Positions 9,300 through 19,489 of a DNA stretch of 64,000 nucleotides are shown here, piece by piece. Numbering within the stretch: the stretch's first letter is position 1; every line of letters begins with the position of its first letter. This DNA is from Anaerolineae bacterium (GTDB taxonomy: Bacteria > Chloroflexota > Anaerolineae > B4-G1 > SLSP01), in the NCBI GenBank assembly GCA_034437735.1, contig DAOTTS010000118.1, forward strand, positions 7,930 through 71,929, written 5' to 3'. The position numbers were made by a program, and so were the translations under genes. The notes beneath the pieces were generated by a model. The model was not told the DNA's origin. It did no database searches and saw nothing but the letters and a program-made list of their open reading frames with translations.

Positions 9300-9402
9300 T
9301 CTATATCCTCCTGTGGATAAATGGTTGACCTTATTGTCATACCGTTTGTCAAAAATGCAACTGATCAATGAGCGCCCTCGACGTCCGCCGGGTCGCGTCC
9401 CC

Positions 9403-10230
9403 TTATTCGTGAATGTTCACCATCGTGCCGACCTCAGCAAAGTGGAAGAGCCACGCCGCCATATCGTTGGGCTGATTGACACAGCCATGACTCATCCGGT
9501 GACCGAAATTTGCGTGCCACGTCACGCCGTGTAATCCGTAACCCTCGTGGAAGTACATCACATACGGCACGTCCTCGATGTAGTAATCCGCCCCTGCCAT
9601 GTCATCGTACCGGAGCTTGATCCAGATCGCATACTGCCCGACCGGCGTGGGCGTCTGGGGAAGCCCGGTCGAGACCAGATACGACTTCACCGGCGTCTTC
9701 CCCACGTAAGCGATCAACCGCTGTTCGGAGAGGTCCACGTCAATCCATCGAAACTCATCATCGATCTTGACCGCCGACGGAATATCCATCCCCATCTCCG
9801 CCGTCGGCTCAGCGGGCGGATCGACGACCACCGTTGGCGGGGTGCTTATCACCTCGGTCGGCGCCGAGGTCGGCACGAGCGTTGGACTCGGCGTCGCCGT
9901 GGGGGGTACCGGCGTGGACGCAGGGGGTGTTGGCGTAGGTGCCAAAGGTGTTGGCGTAGGCGAAGGGGTTGACGTCACCGGGGGTGTCCTGGTCTCAGGA
10001 ACCGTCCCGCTAGGCCCCTTGGTCGCCGGCAGCAGCGGCGTTGCGGTAGGCGATGGAACCAGCGCTTCAGAAGCCTCCGCCGGGCTCGCGTCGAACAGAG
10101 CCATCAGGTTCATCCCGATCGTCAGTGCCAGAGAAAGGACAAAGACGGCGAGCACACCGGTGAATGCAATCATCAGCCAGGAATAAATCTTCTGAATGTG
10201 AATGAGGGCGGGCTCTTCTCGTTTGTGCAT
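9403..10230 (-). CDS. L,D-transpeptidase (YkuD) with TM anchor and Pro/Thr-rich linker
   Basis: C-terminal catalytic motif HRMSHGCVN (His/Cys). Linker PTPTPLAPTPTPPASTP. ATG 10230-10228 preferred over GTG 10233. Confidence 0.85.
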   Translation of the reverse strand: MHKREEPALIHIQKIYSWLMIAFTGVLAVFVLSLALTIGMNLMALFDASPAEASEALVPSPTATPLLPATKGPSGTVPETRTPPVTSTPSPTPTPLAPTPTPPASTPVPPTATPSPTLVPTSAPTEVISTPPTVVVDPPAEPTAEMGMDIPSAVKIDDEFRWIDVDLSEQRLIAYVGKTPVKSYLVSTGLPQTPTPVGQYAIWIKLRYDDMAGADYYIEDVPYVMYFHEGYGLHGVTWHANFGHRMSHGCVNQPNDMAAWLFHFAEVGTMVNIHE

Positions 10231-10269
10231 CACGTATCCTCCAAACGTATCCTCCAGACGTATCCTCCA
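10231..10269. repeat. 3 x 13-bp tandem repeat (minus strand TGGAGGATACGTn), each copy carrying a Shine-Dalgarno, abutting the start codon
   Basis: Plus strand reads cACGTATCCTCCA aACGTATCCTCCA gACGTATCCTCCA. On the minus strand the last GGAGGA lies 6 nt from the ATG of the L,D-transpeptidase. Confidence 0.6.
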
Positions 10270-10471
10270 TTGATCCGTTCAATTGAGACTGTCCAGGATC
10301 GTCAGATATATGTATCAGTGTAACGCCTTGGGCTCTGGACGCGCCGGGCGTTGGATGGAAATGCTCATCCGACGCCCGGAGGATCACCCGCCTGGTCTCC
10401 TGACCAGGAGAGGTCCTCAGGATCCAGATCCAGTCTATAGACGCAACAAGGAGGCAAAAAGTTCCACCCGT

Positions 10472-10505
10472 AGAATGCCAAAGGGCCTGTCCTCGGGACA
10501 GGCCC
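10472..10505 (-). terminator. intrinsic terminator after L-fucose-isomerase-family gene
   Basis: 10-bp perfect stem GGGCCTGTCC/GGACAGGCCC. On the minus strand it is followed by TTTGGCATTCT. Confidence 0.5.
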
Positions 10506-10567
10506 TGGCGAGAAACGGCGTAACGATCAAGAGGCCTTACAGATCCAACGTCATGAACGATGAGGCC

Positions 10568-11995
10568 TCACGTATGACGATAAAGGTCCCAACGGAAATA
10601 GGTCCCGATCGCTTCCTCCAACACGTCGGCGATGTGACTGCGCGTGACGGCGACGTGATGTTCAAATCCACTCCGACATAGCACGTCCATCAAGCCCTGG
10701 AGGTTCGGGATTCTCAACACGGCCACACCGCCTTGGAAAGTGGGGACCGAGTCGTCAGTCATCTCGCCCTCACCCACATACGCCTTGATCGTACCGTTAA
10801 AATCATCCGTTGACGCCCGGAAAAAGGAGATCGGCCCCGGCGCAGCCTGTCCCTTGATCGCGCCAAAACAGCGATCGGCACCCAAAGACTGGCCCAGAAT
10901 ATCCAGGTTTGAGATCTCAATCTCCGCCTGCATAAAGCTCTTGGGGTAGTTGCTGCAGTGCGTATTGATGCACATATCCCGGTCGTCACCGTAGTTGTTG
11001 TTCCAATCCTGGAAGGACGGCGCGTTCCCGGAGGCGAGGTAGAGCGCATACATCGAGACCGCGCCCATTACGTCCACCTCACAGGCGCTGGGAAATCCGC
11101 GATCCCCCATCATCGCCATAGAAACGCACGTCGCGCACCCGTAGTTCTTTTGAATGGAGTCCCAGCACTCAACCGCGCTGGCATCGCACTCATTCTCATC
11201 CATCCACCGGTCGATCACAACCGACAGCTTCGCCTGTTTGAGCACGTTAGCCGCTGGTATCGCCTCGGGAATCGTCCCGTAGTTGCGAAGGGATTCGATC
11301 TTGGCCTTGACGTCCGGATCGTCCGGATCCATCGACTGAGCCGCAAAGATGATCTCCGAGAGATCGACCGGTACCACCGTGATGCCCGAATCTTGCAGCA
11401 GCTTCTCACTGAACCGAACCGTCTGGAAAGCAGCGGGGCGCGCCCCAATCGCGCCAATCCGGGCGCCTTTTAGCCCACCGACCACCCGACAGACGCGTCC
11501 GAAATACTCGAGATCCTTCTCGAAGTCTGGACCGTCAATCGGATAGGTGTGCAGCGAGGTATTAGTGAAAGGAATGCCGTACTGATAGAGGTTGTTACAG
11601 ACGGAAAGCTTGCCACAGAAGGCATCGCGCCGGTTGTTCACCGAGAGCTTACCCAACTCATCATCACACGCTTGGACGAGCACCGGCACGTCCAGGCCGG
11701 ACAGATCCAAAGTCTGAACGACCGCAAGTTCGTCCCCAAAGTTCGGCAGCACGACGATGACGCCGTCAATCTCCTCGGCGCGCTCGCGAAACAGGTTGGC
11801 GCAGAGCTTCGCGTGCTCCCGCGTCTCAATGGCCCCATTCGGAGTTGCGTCCTTGGGTGGGATCACGTAGTCATAACCGTGAGCATCCAGCGTCTCCAAC
11901 AACTTGGCCCGCACCCCGACGGCCAAATCGGAGTTGAAAAACCCCCGGGTTCCAACGATCAATCCAAAACAAAGTGTCTTCTCTGCCATCCTCAT
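10568..11995 (-). CDS. L-fucose/L-arabinose isomerase family protein
   Basis: 475 aa with global similarity to the FucI/AraA family. RBS TAAGGAG. Confidence 0.7.
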   Translation of the reverse strand: MRMAEKTLCFGLIVGTRGFFNSDLAVGVRAKLLETLDAHGYDYVIPPKDATPNGAIETREHAKLCANLFRERAEEIDGVIVVLPNFGDELAVVQTLDLSGLDVPVLVQACDDELGKLSVNNRRDAFCGKLSVCNNLYQYGIPFTNTSLHTYPIDGPDFEKDLEYFGRVCRVVGGLKGARIGAIGARPAAFQTVRFSEKLLQDSGITVVPVDLSEIIFAAQSMDPDDPDVKAKIESLRNYGTIPEAIPAANVLKQAKLSVVIDRWMDENECDASAVECWDSIQKNYGCATCVSMAMMGDRGFPSACEVDVMGAVSMYALYLASGNAPSFQDWNNNYGDDRDMCINTHCSNYPKSFMQAEIEISNLDILGQSLGADRCFGAIKGQAAPGPISFFRASTDDFNGTIKAYVGEGEMTDDSVPTFQGGVAVLRIPNLQGLMDVLCRSGFEHHVAVTRSHIADVLEEAIGTYFRWDLYRHT

Positions 11996-12070
11996 CGTGC
12001 GTCACTCCTTAATATATGATGGGTGATACGTGGTTTTTGACTTGCTGAACTTCTGCATCCAGCCGGTGAC

Positions 12071-12571
12071 CTACGCGTCCAGTAAAGCCTCGATATCGGG
12101 AGCGATCGACGCGGGTTCGACCTTGGAACCATATCGTTCGACGACCTTTCCCTCCCGATCCACCAGGAACTTGGTAAAGTTCCACTTGATCGCCTGCGTC
12201 CCCAGGAAACCGGGCACCGATGACTTGAGGTAGCGATAGAGCGGATGGGTACCCGGCCCATTGACCTCAATCTTGTCAAACATAGGAAAGGTGACACCGT
12301 AGTTCACACTACAGAACTGGCGAATCTCCTCTGCGTCACCCGGCTCCTGGTTCATAAACTGGTTGCAAGGAAACCCTAAAATCGCAAATCCCTGATCCTT
12401 GTAACGCTCGTAGAGATCTTGAAGGCCCTCGTACTGCGGGGTAAACCCACACTTACTCGCTGTATTGACGATGAGGAGCACCTTGCCCTGATAATCCGCA
12501 AGGGATTGCTCCAGCCCCATCAAGTTCCGCGCCGAAAACTCATAGACGTTCTTAGCGACATTCTCAGCCAT
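12071..12571 (-). CDS. gpx: glutathione peroxidase (Cys type)
   Basis: [15 protein letters not shown] and GFPCNQF are canonical GPx motifs. Cys occupies the catalytic position, with no in-frame TGA. Confidence 0.9.
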   Translation of the reverse strand: MAENVAKNVYEFSARNLMGLEQSLADYQGKVLLIVNTASKCGFTPQYEGLQDLYERYKDQGFAILGFPCNQFMNQEPGDAEEIRQFCSVNYGVTFPMFDKIEVNGPGTHPLYRYLKSSVPGFLGTQAIKWNFTKFLVDREGKVVERYGSKVEPASIAPDIEALLDA

Positions 12572-13106
12572 TCGTCTGCTCCTTTCTATTAGGATAGATT
12601 CGATCGGGAGGCACGCGCCGGGCAGGCCGCTCGATTAGCTCAACCATGAACCCGACCAAGGCCTCCGTGTCGAGATACGCATAATGCCCATCACCATCGA
12701 GCCCAAACCTGGCCCCATCCATAATCATCGCAACACCCGCAGCCTCTGCTTGGGCTAAGGCCTCTTCCATATCATCGACCAGGAATCCAAAGTGGTGCAC
12801 GCCATAGCCGTGCGCCTCGATGAAATCCGCGTACACCGTGTCACCCTCCAGCGGTTCGATAAGCTCGATCCGCGTATCTCCCATATGGGAGAGTGCCAGA
12901 CGCATCTTGTAGTCCGCGGGCTGGCCATGATAGGTCATGGACGAGACGAGCGGCTTCCCGTAGGTGTAAATATCCCATGGACCGATGCCGAAACGCGTCC
13001 AATAGGTCGAAACTGCGTCATCCAGATTCTCGACCACGATCGCCACTTGGGCGACCCCCTGTTTAAGGAATGGCAATTCGGGCACGTGAAGATCCCTAAG
13101 TTTCAT
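12564..13106 (-). CDS. VOC (glyoxalase/bleomycin resistance/dioxygenase) family protein
   Basis: Two tandem beta-alpha-beta-beta-beta modules with H/E metal ligands (HHFGFLVDD). RBS AAGGAGG. Confidence 0.7.
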   Translation of the reverse strand: MKLRDLHVPELPFLKQGVAQVAIVVENLDDAVSTYWTRFGIGPWDIYTYGKPLVSSMTYHGQPADYKMRLALSHMGDTRIELIEPLEGDTVYADFIEAHGYGVHHFGFLVDDMEEALAQAEAAGVAMIMDGARFGLDGDGHYAYLDTEALVGFMVELIERPARRVPPDRIYPNRKEQTNG

Positions 13107-13194
13107 TCTGCCTCCTTCTCATCAAACCAACAATCCAACAGCCACAACGACGGAACCTCAAGGGATCCGACGCTGAACCGCACGTCGGAGGAGA

Positions 13195-13404
13195 TCAGCC
13201 GGGAAGAAAGACCGCTTTCAGAACCCGACCCTGCATGGCCAACGCAGCCCCGCGCTCGAAGTCCTCCAGAGAAAAACGATGCGTGATCCACCGGTCCGCA
13301 GGGATGCGACCGGTGTCCATAAGGGCCAGCGCCATCCGCTGGTGGCGTGGGGCGAAGATAGTCGTGCCGATAAGGTGCAAAGCCTGATAGTGGACGAGGT
13401 TCAT
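13195..13404 (-). pseudogene. 3'-terminal remnant (about 70 codons) of a Zn-dependent alcohol/polyol dehydrogenase
   Basis: ...[65 protein letters not shown] aligns at about 50% identity to the C-terminus of the intact ADH at 19490-20554. The upstream 280 codons are absent. A C9 homopolymer sits at 13463-13471. Confidence 0.55.
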
Positions 13405-13533
13405 ACCTCCGACGCCTCCGGCAGGGCCACATCGTCCACACCGAAATCACCGGGCGCGCTCCCCCCCCCTGCCCTCATCGTATCACTCAAATGCGACCTC
13501 CACAAATGCTTCAGCTGCCCGGCACACCGCCGG

Positions 13534-14832
13534 CTACCCCATGGAAAGAACCGAATCCTGCAGATGCCTCAGTCGCGTCACAAATTTTCCCTGATCCGGC
13601 TGGAAGTTATCGTAGGTCAGCGGTTCCCCCTTGGCGATCTCAGCCGTGACCGCCCCTCCCGGCGTGATCCCCAGGGGCACCGCCCGGCACGCGACCGCCT
13701 CTTCATAGGTATAGATCCGACCCAGATAATCAGCCTCTCCAATCTCACCGACGACCTGTCCCGGTTCCAGATCGCGCTTTGCGATGGGAATCACCTCTGA
13801 GACTAACCGGGTGGATGCTACGGTCCGCTCTCCATAGAGCACCGCCTCGGCCATCGCCAATGGGGTCTCGATATTGCACAGGTGATAAGGACGAAGGAGC
13901 GTATAGTAAGGTCCGGATCCCATCGAGACAAATTGCATACCCGCTCGCACCTGGTCATCACGGCTCGTCACAATGGCAAAGACCGCCGGCGCCACATCCC
14001 CCGTCGTAAAATCCACACATCCTCGATGCTCGAAGATCCCGCCATCCTCACTCGGCACGAAGACTCGATTGAGCGCAGGCACCTCAACCTTGATCCCGTG
14101 CATACCCGGAATGTCGGGAACCAGGCCGGTCGCGTTCGAGACGGCAGCCATCTCAACCATCGTCTTGGATCCATCCTTGAAAGCGGAGAGCATCTTCGGG
14201 TTCATCCCTTTCCGCTCCGCTTCCTCCCGGCAGCTCTCCGGTGTAGCACTGTGATCAATTGGATTGTTCTTGCCTTTGCCGAGGCAGACGACCTCAAACC
14301 CCAGAGCGCGGGCTTGATTGTAGATCGTCTTTAGAACGCCGGGTTCATCCCCGGAGGCGACCGTATAGACACAGCCGGCCCGCTGAGCCAGCCGGTGAAG
14401 CATCGGCCCTACCGTCACGTCTGTCTCTACGTTGAGCATAACCACGTGGGTGCCGTGCTCGATACACGTCCAGGCGACCCGGGCTCCAACGTCGGTCAAT
14501 CCCGTAGCCTCAACCACGACGTCGACCGACGGCAGACGCGCCGGCAGCGGGGCATCCTCCGTGATCACGTATTGACCGGATCGCAGGGCATCCTCGGCCT
14601 CACCCACCTGATGGGTCACACAGAGGTCGGCGTCTGCCAGCCCGAGCGATCGCAACACACGGAGCGGTCGTTCGACCTGAATATCCGCGATCACCCGTGT
14701 CTCCAATCCCTCCATTTGATGGGTCACGTGAACCAATCCCGATCCCATCTGTCCACATCCCACCAATCCTGCCAAGACAGGATGACCTTCCGCTTCCCGC
14801 ATGCACAAACGTTCGTAGAGTTCCATCGACAC
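13534..14832 (-). CDS. NAD(P)-binding oxidoreductase with C-terminal SAF domain (COG4091-type 'predicted homoserine dehydrogenase')
   Basis: [11 protein letters not shown] Rossmann motif. Core block [14 protein letters not shown]...[21 protein letters not shown] is shared with its paralog at 18057-19400. Confidence 0.7.
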   Translation of the reverse strand: MSMELYERLCMREAEGHPVLAGLVGCGQMGSGLVHVTHQMEGLETRVIADIQVERPLRVLRSLGLADADLCVTHQVGEAEDALRSGQYVITEDAPLPARLPSVDVVVEATGLTDVGARVAWTCIEHGTHVVMLNVETDVTVGPMLHRLAQRAGCVYTVASGDEPGVLKTIYNQARALGFEVVCLGKGKNNPIDHSATPESCREEAERKGMNPKMLSAFKDGSKTMVEMAAVSNATGLVPDIPGMHGIKVEVPALNRVFVPSEDGGIFEHRGCVDFTTGDVAPAVFAIVTSRDDQVRAGMQFVSMGSGPYYTLLRPYHLCNIETPLAMAEAVLYGERTVASTRLVSEVIPIAKRDLEPGQVVGEIGEADYLGRIYTYEEAVACRAVPLGITPGGAVTAEIAKGEPLTYDNFQPDQGKFVTRLRHLQDSVLSMG

Positions 14833-14876
14833 GTCCTTCCAAGAATCCGCCGCTTATCGGGCTCTCGTATCCCCCG

Positions 14877-16430
14877 TCACGGTGACCGCAGCACAGCCAA
14901 TCGTCCAAAATCCTCCCGGAGATCTTCGTAAAGTTGTTTATACAGGTCGAAATACGCCATATAGACAGCGTGACTTTCAGGATCGGGGTCCATCGGCTCC
15001 ACGTACTCGGCCCAGGACTTCGCCACTGAAAAATCGTCAAAGAGACCAGTAGCGACGCCGGCGAGGATCGCATCCCCGAAGGGCGCCCCCTCCCGACGTT
15101 TGGCCAATACAATCGGCACGTCGAACACGTCCGCGATGATCTGCCGCCAAAGACGGCTGACCGCCCCACCTTCATTCAACACCATGGGATAGTTGACCTG
15201 GAGTCCGGCCTCCTGAATCAACCGGAACGAGTCGTACATCGCGTAGGCGACCCCTTCCATCATCGCCCGTACCAGATGCCCCTTGGTATGGTGGAGCGAT
15301 AGCCCAAAGGCGACCCCTCGGGCGTTCGCATCCCAGATAGGGGTGCGCTCTCCCATCAAGAAGGGCAGCATAATCAGCCCCTCCGACCCGGGGGGCACCT
15401 CCGCTGCCTGCAGGGTGAGCAAATCATACGCAGAGATATCCAACGTTCGCTCGACTTCACGCTCATAGGGAGAGAATCCATCGCGCAGGAACCGCAGACA
15501 CTGCCCGCCCGTCATCGTCGTCGGTACCGTGACGTAAGTGTTGGCCGAATCGACCGTATAGGGAAAATTGATCATCAATTGCCCCATCTCGGAGAAGTTG
15601 AAGGCTGAGTCACGATGAACGACGCCGAAATTGCCGACGGAGCCCAGGTTACTCTGAAAATCACCGACTTCGATCGCTCCGGCGCCCACCCAACTCGCGT
15701 TACAATCGACCTGTCCGGCCGCGACCGACGTTCCGGCGGCCAATCCCGTCGCCTCCGCGGCCGCGCCGGTCACCTCCCCAACGATATCCGTGCACCGATG
15801 GACCTCCGGCAAAATATCAGGATCGATGCCGATCTCGCCTAACATGGCCTCGTCAAACTGACGCTCCCGAAGATCGTAGGCCACGCCGAAGAACGCCCCA
15901 CCGGAGTCGTGCACAGTTTCTCGGCCCGTCAGTTTCATCGTCACATATCCATCGATTGTGAGCGCCGTGTGGATGCGGCTGAAGCTGTCGGGGCGATGAC
16001 GTTGCTCCCAAAGCAGATTGACCAAAGCCGGATGATCCTCCAGTCGATAGCCGGAGAGCTGGAAAATGCGCGCCTCACCCACCTCAGCCTTCAACCACGC
16101 GACGACGTCGGTCGCCCGCCGGTCCATCAGGTTGTACGCTCTGTGGATCGGGCTGCCCTCCCCATCGACCATCACCAGCGAGGGCAGCGCGGACGAAACG
16201 GCCACGCCACGGACGTCATCACCCGTCACGCCACCCTCCGATAGAATCTGGGGGATCAAACGACAGGCGGCCTCCCAGTAGAGGGTTGGCTCATGCTCCG
16301 ACCAACCCGGATGCTCGTGAATGAGAGGGTATTCCTCAAAGGCATAGCCCAGCACCTGCCCCTCCCCATCGATCAGACAGGCTTTGGCCCCACCGGTACC
16401 ATAATCAAGCCCCAATAGCAGATGTGCCAT
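14877..16430 (-). CDS. FGGY family carbohydrate kinase
   Basis: Start corrected to [16 protein letters not shown] (ATG 16430, GGAGG RBS); the 137-codon upstream extension in the ORF track has no support. FGGY N- and C-terminal domains are present. Confidence 0.85.
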   Translation of the reverse strand: MAHLLLGLDYGTGGAKACLIDGEGQVLGYAFEEYPLIHEHPGWSEHEPTLYWEAACRLIPQILSEGGVTGDDVRGVAVSSALPSLVMVDGEGSPIHRAYNLMDRRATDVVAWLKAEVGEARIFQLSGYRLEDHPALVNLLWEQRHRPDSFSRIHTALTIDGYVTMKLTGRETVHDSGGAFFGVAYDLRERQFDEAMLGEIGIDPDILPEVHRCTDIVGEVTGAAAEATGLAAGTSVAAGQVDCNASWVGAGAIEVGDFQSNLGSVGNFGVVHRDSAFNFSEMGQLMINFPYTVDSANTYVTVPTTMTGGQCLRFLRDGFSPYEREVERTLDISAYDLLTLQAAEVPPGSEGLIMLPFLMGERTPIWDANARGVAFGLSLHHTKGHLVRAMMEGVAYAMYDSFRLIQEAGLQVNYPMVLNEGGAVSRLWRQIIADVFDVPIVLAKRREGAPFGDAILAGVATGLFDDFSVAKSWAEYVEPMDPDPESHAVYMAYFDLYKQLYEDLREDFGRLAVLRSP

Positions 16431-16530
16431 AGCAACCTCCGGAAGACGAGAGAGCCTTACCAACCCAGGAGCCGAGCTCCGTGATAAAACAAGGACATGC
16501 TGCCAAGGTCTTTCAACTGGCTGAGCTTCG

Positions 16531-18048
16531 CTACAACAGTTGGTGTGAGATTTCCCGCACGGCCGGATAGAGCTTCCGGTAGAGCGCAAAACGCTCTGCG
16601 TAGCGCAGAGCCCGTGCCGGATCCGGCTCAAAACGCCGTGCCATTGCCACGGATTTGGCCGCCGCGTCCACAACGCTCGAAAAACGACCGGCTCCTGCAC
16701 CGGCGAGTAGAGCTGCGCCCCATGCCGCAGCTTCGGTGACCTCCGGCACGACGACCGGCACGCCGGTGATATCGGCCTTGAGTTGCAGCCAGAGATCGGA
16801 CTTAGCACCGCCGCCGATCGCTCTGAGCTCCGTGATCTCAACCCCGCCGCGTTTCAACAGATCCAGATTGAGACGCAGTTCGAACGTCAAGCCCTCCAAC
16901 ATCGCCTTGACCAACGTGCTGCGATCCGTGTCGAACGTGAGCCCCAACACCGCCCCCTTGGACGCCGGGTCGAAGGTCGGGGTTCCGCTGCCTGCAAAAT
17001 GCGGCAGCACGAGGAGAGAGGTAGGATCGGAGTTCGTCCCCTCGAGGAGCATATCGTAGGCATCCCTAGACACGCGCGCCGCCTCTGCTTTCACGTCGGG
17101 CGCTAACGTGTCGCGGAACCAGCGCAGAATCAGCCCGCCGCTGTGATTCAGCGTCATCGCGAGATAGAGTCCGGGAAGGGTGTGATGATACACCGAGATA
17201 TTCCCTTCGTACAGGGGATCCGTAAGGTCCGGTGACGATAGCGCCACCTCCACAACCTCCGCTGTACCCGTGGAGACCATCGCGAGGCCGGCCCCGGTTA
17301 GGCCGACCCCCAGGGCTCCGCAGGCCTGATCATGGCCGCCGGTCGCGACGACCGGACGCGACGACAGCCCCAGGGAGACGGCAAGGTCCCGATCCATACG
17401 ACCGATCGCCGTGCCTGAGGCCCTCACCGGCGACAGCCGCCCAGGGTCCAGATCCAAAAATGATAGGATCTCCGCGTCCCAGCAGTGATGATGCAGATCG
17501 TACATCTGGGTTCGCGAGGCCAGGCACCAGCTGACCGCGGCCGAGCCGGTCAGCTTTCGGATGAGAAAATCCTCGTACAACCGGAAAGCATCCGCCGATT
17601 GCCATACATCCAGCTCGTAATCCCGCAGCCAGAGCAGTTTGGGCAGCGTGTTGATCGTGTGAACCGGCATCCCGGTCCGGTCGAAGAGCGCCCGCGCACC
17701 AAAACGCTCCCGCAACTGCTGATTCTGTTCGCCGGTCCGGGTGTCCATCCCCAGGATCGCAGGGCGGATCGCACGCCCGTCTCCATCGACCGGGATGACA
17801 GCCTCCCCCTGTACTGACAAACCTATGGCCTCGACGGGCGCTTCCTCATCCGTTGTAAGCTGCCCCGTAACCTCCGCCAGGGCGTCCCTGGCGAGCGTCC
17901 AGACCCGTTCCGCATCCTGTTCAGCCCATCCTGGGACGGGGATATCAATCGCGTATTCCCGCGCTACGGAGGCGACGATCGCACCTTCCGGGTCGAAGGC
18001 CACGACTTTGCAGCCGGTCGTACCGATGTCCAAACCGATCAGCGTCAT
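16531..18048 (-). CDS. FGGY family carbohydrate kinase (paralog)
   Basis: [29 protein letters not shown]. The start overlaps the end of the upstream dehydrogenase gene. Confidence 0.85.
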   Translation of the reverse strand: MTLIGLDIGTTGCKVVAFDPEGAIVASVAREYAIDIPVPGWAEQDAERVWTLARDALAEVTGQLTTDEEAPVEAIGLSVQGEAVIPVDGDGRAIRPAILGMDTRTGEQNQQLRERFGARALFDRTGMPVHTINTLPKLLWLRDYELDVWQSADAFRLYEDFLIRKLTGSAAVSWCLASRTQMYDLHHHCWDAEILSFLDLDPGRLSPVRASGTAIGRMDRDLAVSLGLSSRPVVATGGHDQACGALGVGLTGAGLAMVSTGTAEVVEVALSSPDLTDPLYEGNISVYHHTLPGLYLAMTLNHSGGLILRWFRDTLAPDVKAEAARVSRDAYDMLLEGTNSDPTSLLVLPHFAGSGTPTFDPASKGAVLGLTFDTDRSTLVKAMLEGLTFELRLNLDLLKRGGVEITELRAIGGGAKSDLWLQLKADITGVPVVVPEVTEAAAWGAALLAGAGAGRFSSVVDAAAKSVAMARRFEPDPARALRYAERFALYRKLYPAVREISHQLL

Positions 18049-18056
18049 CGCCCCTC

Positions 18057-19400
18057 CTAACGGAGCCGATCCAGGGCGACGAGAAGCGCGTCGGACGCGA
18101 TCTCACCGGCAAACCAGCGATCCTGCAATCGACGCAGGGAAAGCACGACGGAGGGTTCGCTCACCAAGACGTCATCAAGGGTAATGGGCTGGTCGACCTC
18201 GACCGGTCGGATGACCTTGGCGTTTTTTGCCAACCCGATAGGCAGCAGCCGTTCAGCCTTTGCGACCTCGTACCGATCGATCAGACCGTAGTAGCTGCTC
18301 CCACCGATCCCCTCCAGCGTGTCACCGGGTGCCAACCGCTGCTTGGCAACGGAGATCACTTCGGACGTCAACCGGTCCAAGGGAATCATATTGGAACGCC
18401 CCTCGATCACGAGCAGCGCACAGGTCAGAGGAACCTCAATGCTGCAAAGATGATAAGGTCGGAAGAGCGTATAATAAGGACCGGGGCCCATGTCCCGCAG
18501 GACCATCGCCTCCCGTAGGCGGGGATGATCCGTCCATACGATGAGAAAGACCCCTGGCGCTACTTTGCCCACACCATAATCGACGACGCCGATCTGATTC
18601 AGGATACCGCCATCCTCCTCAAGCCGGAAGACGCGCTCCAGGATCTCCCGATGGGTCACCGGACCATGCATGCCGCGCACGTCCGGCACCAATCCGGTCG
18701 CGTTGGAGACGGCTGCCATCTCAATCATCGTCTTACTGCCGTCGACGAACTCGATCAGCATCGTCGGATTCAACCCGCGCCGTGCCGCCTCCTGAGCCCA
18801 ATCGGGATCCGTGGGTTTGGCGTGGCGGTCCAGGGGATTGTTCTTCCCTTTGCCTGCGGCCACAATCGTGAAACCCAACGCGTCCGCAAAGTCATAGAGC
18901 TCCTTACAGGCGGCCGGCTCATCCCCGGCGGCCAATGCGTACTGGACGTCGTACTGTTCGGCGTACCATCGCAGGATAGGCCCGACGGTGATGTCGGTCT
19001 CGACGTTCATCATCGCGAGCTGCTGACCGTGCCGGGCCGCACGCAGCGCCGCTCGGGAACCGACCTCGGGCACGCCGGTCGCCTCAAGCATCACGTCGAC
19101 GGTCTGCATATCGGTGACAACTCGGAAGTCAGAGGCCGCAACGCGCCGGCCCTCCCGCACCGATGCATCGGCGTCCTCAGGGGTCTCGACGTCAGTCACC
19201 GTCCCCTCCACCCCGCCGATGTCATAGGCTTGCCTTGCCCGCTCCGGATCGATATCGGCGATAGCAACCACCTCGATCCCCTTCATCATCGTCGTCTCCG
19301 CGACGACGTCGGTGCCCATCTGGCCCGCCCCGATCAACCCAATCCGGACCGGATTCCCGGCCCTTTCGCGCGCCGAAAGCATCGCATTGAGTCCAATCAT
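18057..19400 (-). CDS. NAD(P)-binding oxidoreductase with SAF domain (COG4091-type), paralog of 13534-14832
   Basis: IGLIGAGQMGTD. About 60% identity to the paralog over the GKGKNNP...[12 protein letters not shown] core. Confidence 0.7.
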   Translation of the reverse strand: MIGLNAMLSARERAGNPVRIGLIGAGQMGTDVVAETTMMKGIEVVAIADIDPERARQAYDIGGVEGTVTDVETPEDADASVREGRRVAASDFRVVTDMQTVDVMLEATGVPEVGSRAALRAARHGQQLAMMNVETDITVGPILRWYAEQYDVQYALAAGDEPAACKELYDFADALGFTIVAAGKGKNNPLDRHAKPTDPDWAQEAARRGLNPTMLIEFVDGSKTMIEMAAVSNATGLVPDVRGMHGPVTHREILERVFRLEEDGGILNQIGVVDYGVGKVAPGVFLIVWTDHPRLREAMVLRDMGPGPYYTLFRPYHLCSIEVPLTCALLVIEGRSNMIPLDRLTSEVISVAKQRLAPGDTLEGIGGSSYYGLIDRYEVAKAERLLPIGLAKNAKVIRPVEVDQPITLDDVLVSEPSVVLSLRRLQDRWFAGEIASDALLVALDRLR

Positions 19401-19489
19401 GGATCATTCATCTCCTTATCATCACGTCTCTCACGGTGCAGATTCCGTGCTTCGGAAAACGCGCTGAGTCCCCGTACCCTTTACTGAGA

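Noticed and set aside
9311-9319. DnaA box TGTGGATAA
   Set aside because: A single isolated copy adjacent to an RBS. No cluster of boxes and no AT-rich DUE. It is not an origin.
10283-10681. 132-aa plus-strand ORF in the hairpin-rich intergenic region
   Set aside because: It runs antisense into the L-fucose-isomerase-family gene and has no RBS. The region is better explained by terminator hairpins at 10336-10367, 10393-10410 and 10483-10505.
13103-13450. 115-aa minus-strand ORF overlapping the ADH remnant
   Set aside because: It is out of frame with the recognisable ADH C-terminal homology and has no family resemblance or RBS.
16393-16403. Partial (11/16) match to the LacI-operator palindrome between the two FGGY genes
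   Set aside because: Only a half site plus 3 nt is present. This is likely chance at this length. It is mentioned under the operator finding only as something to include in a genome-wide search.
16431-16841. 137-codon upstream extension of the FGGY kinase ORF
   Set aside because: GGAGG plus ATG at 16430 starts exactly at the conserved FGGY N-terminus. The extension overlaps the neighbouring kinase gene's 3' end.
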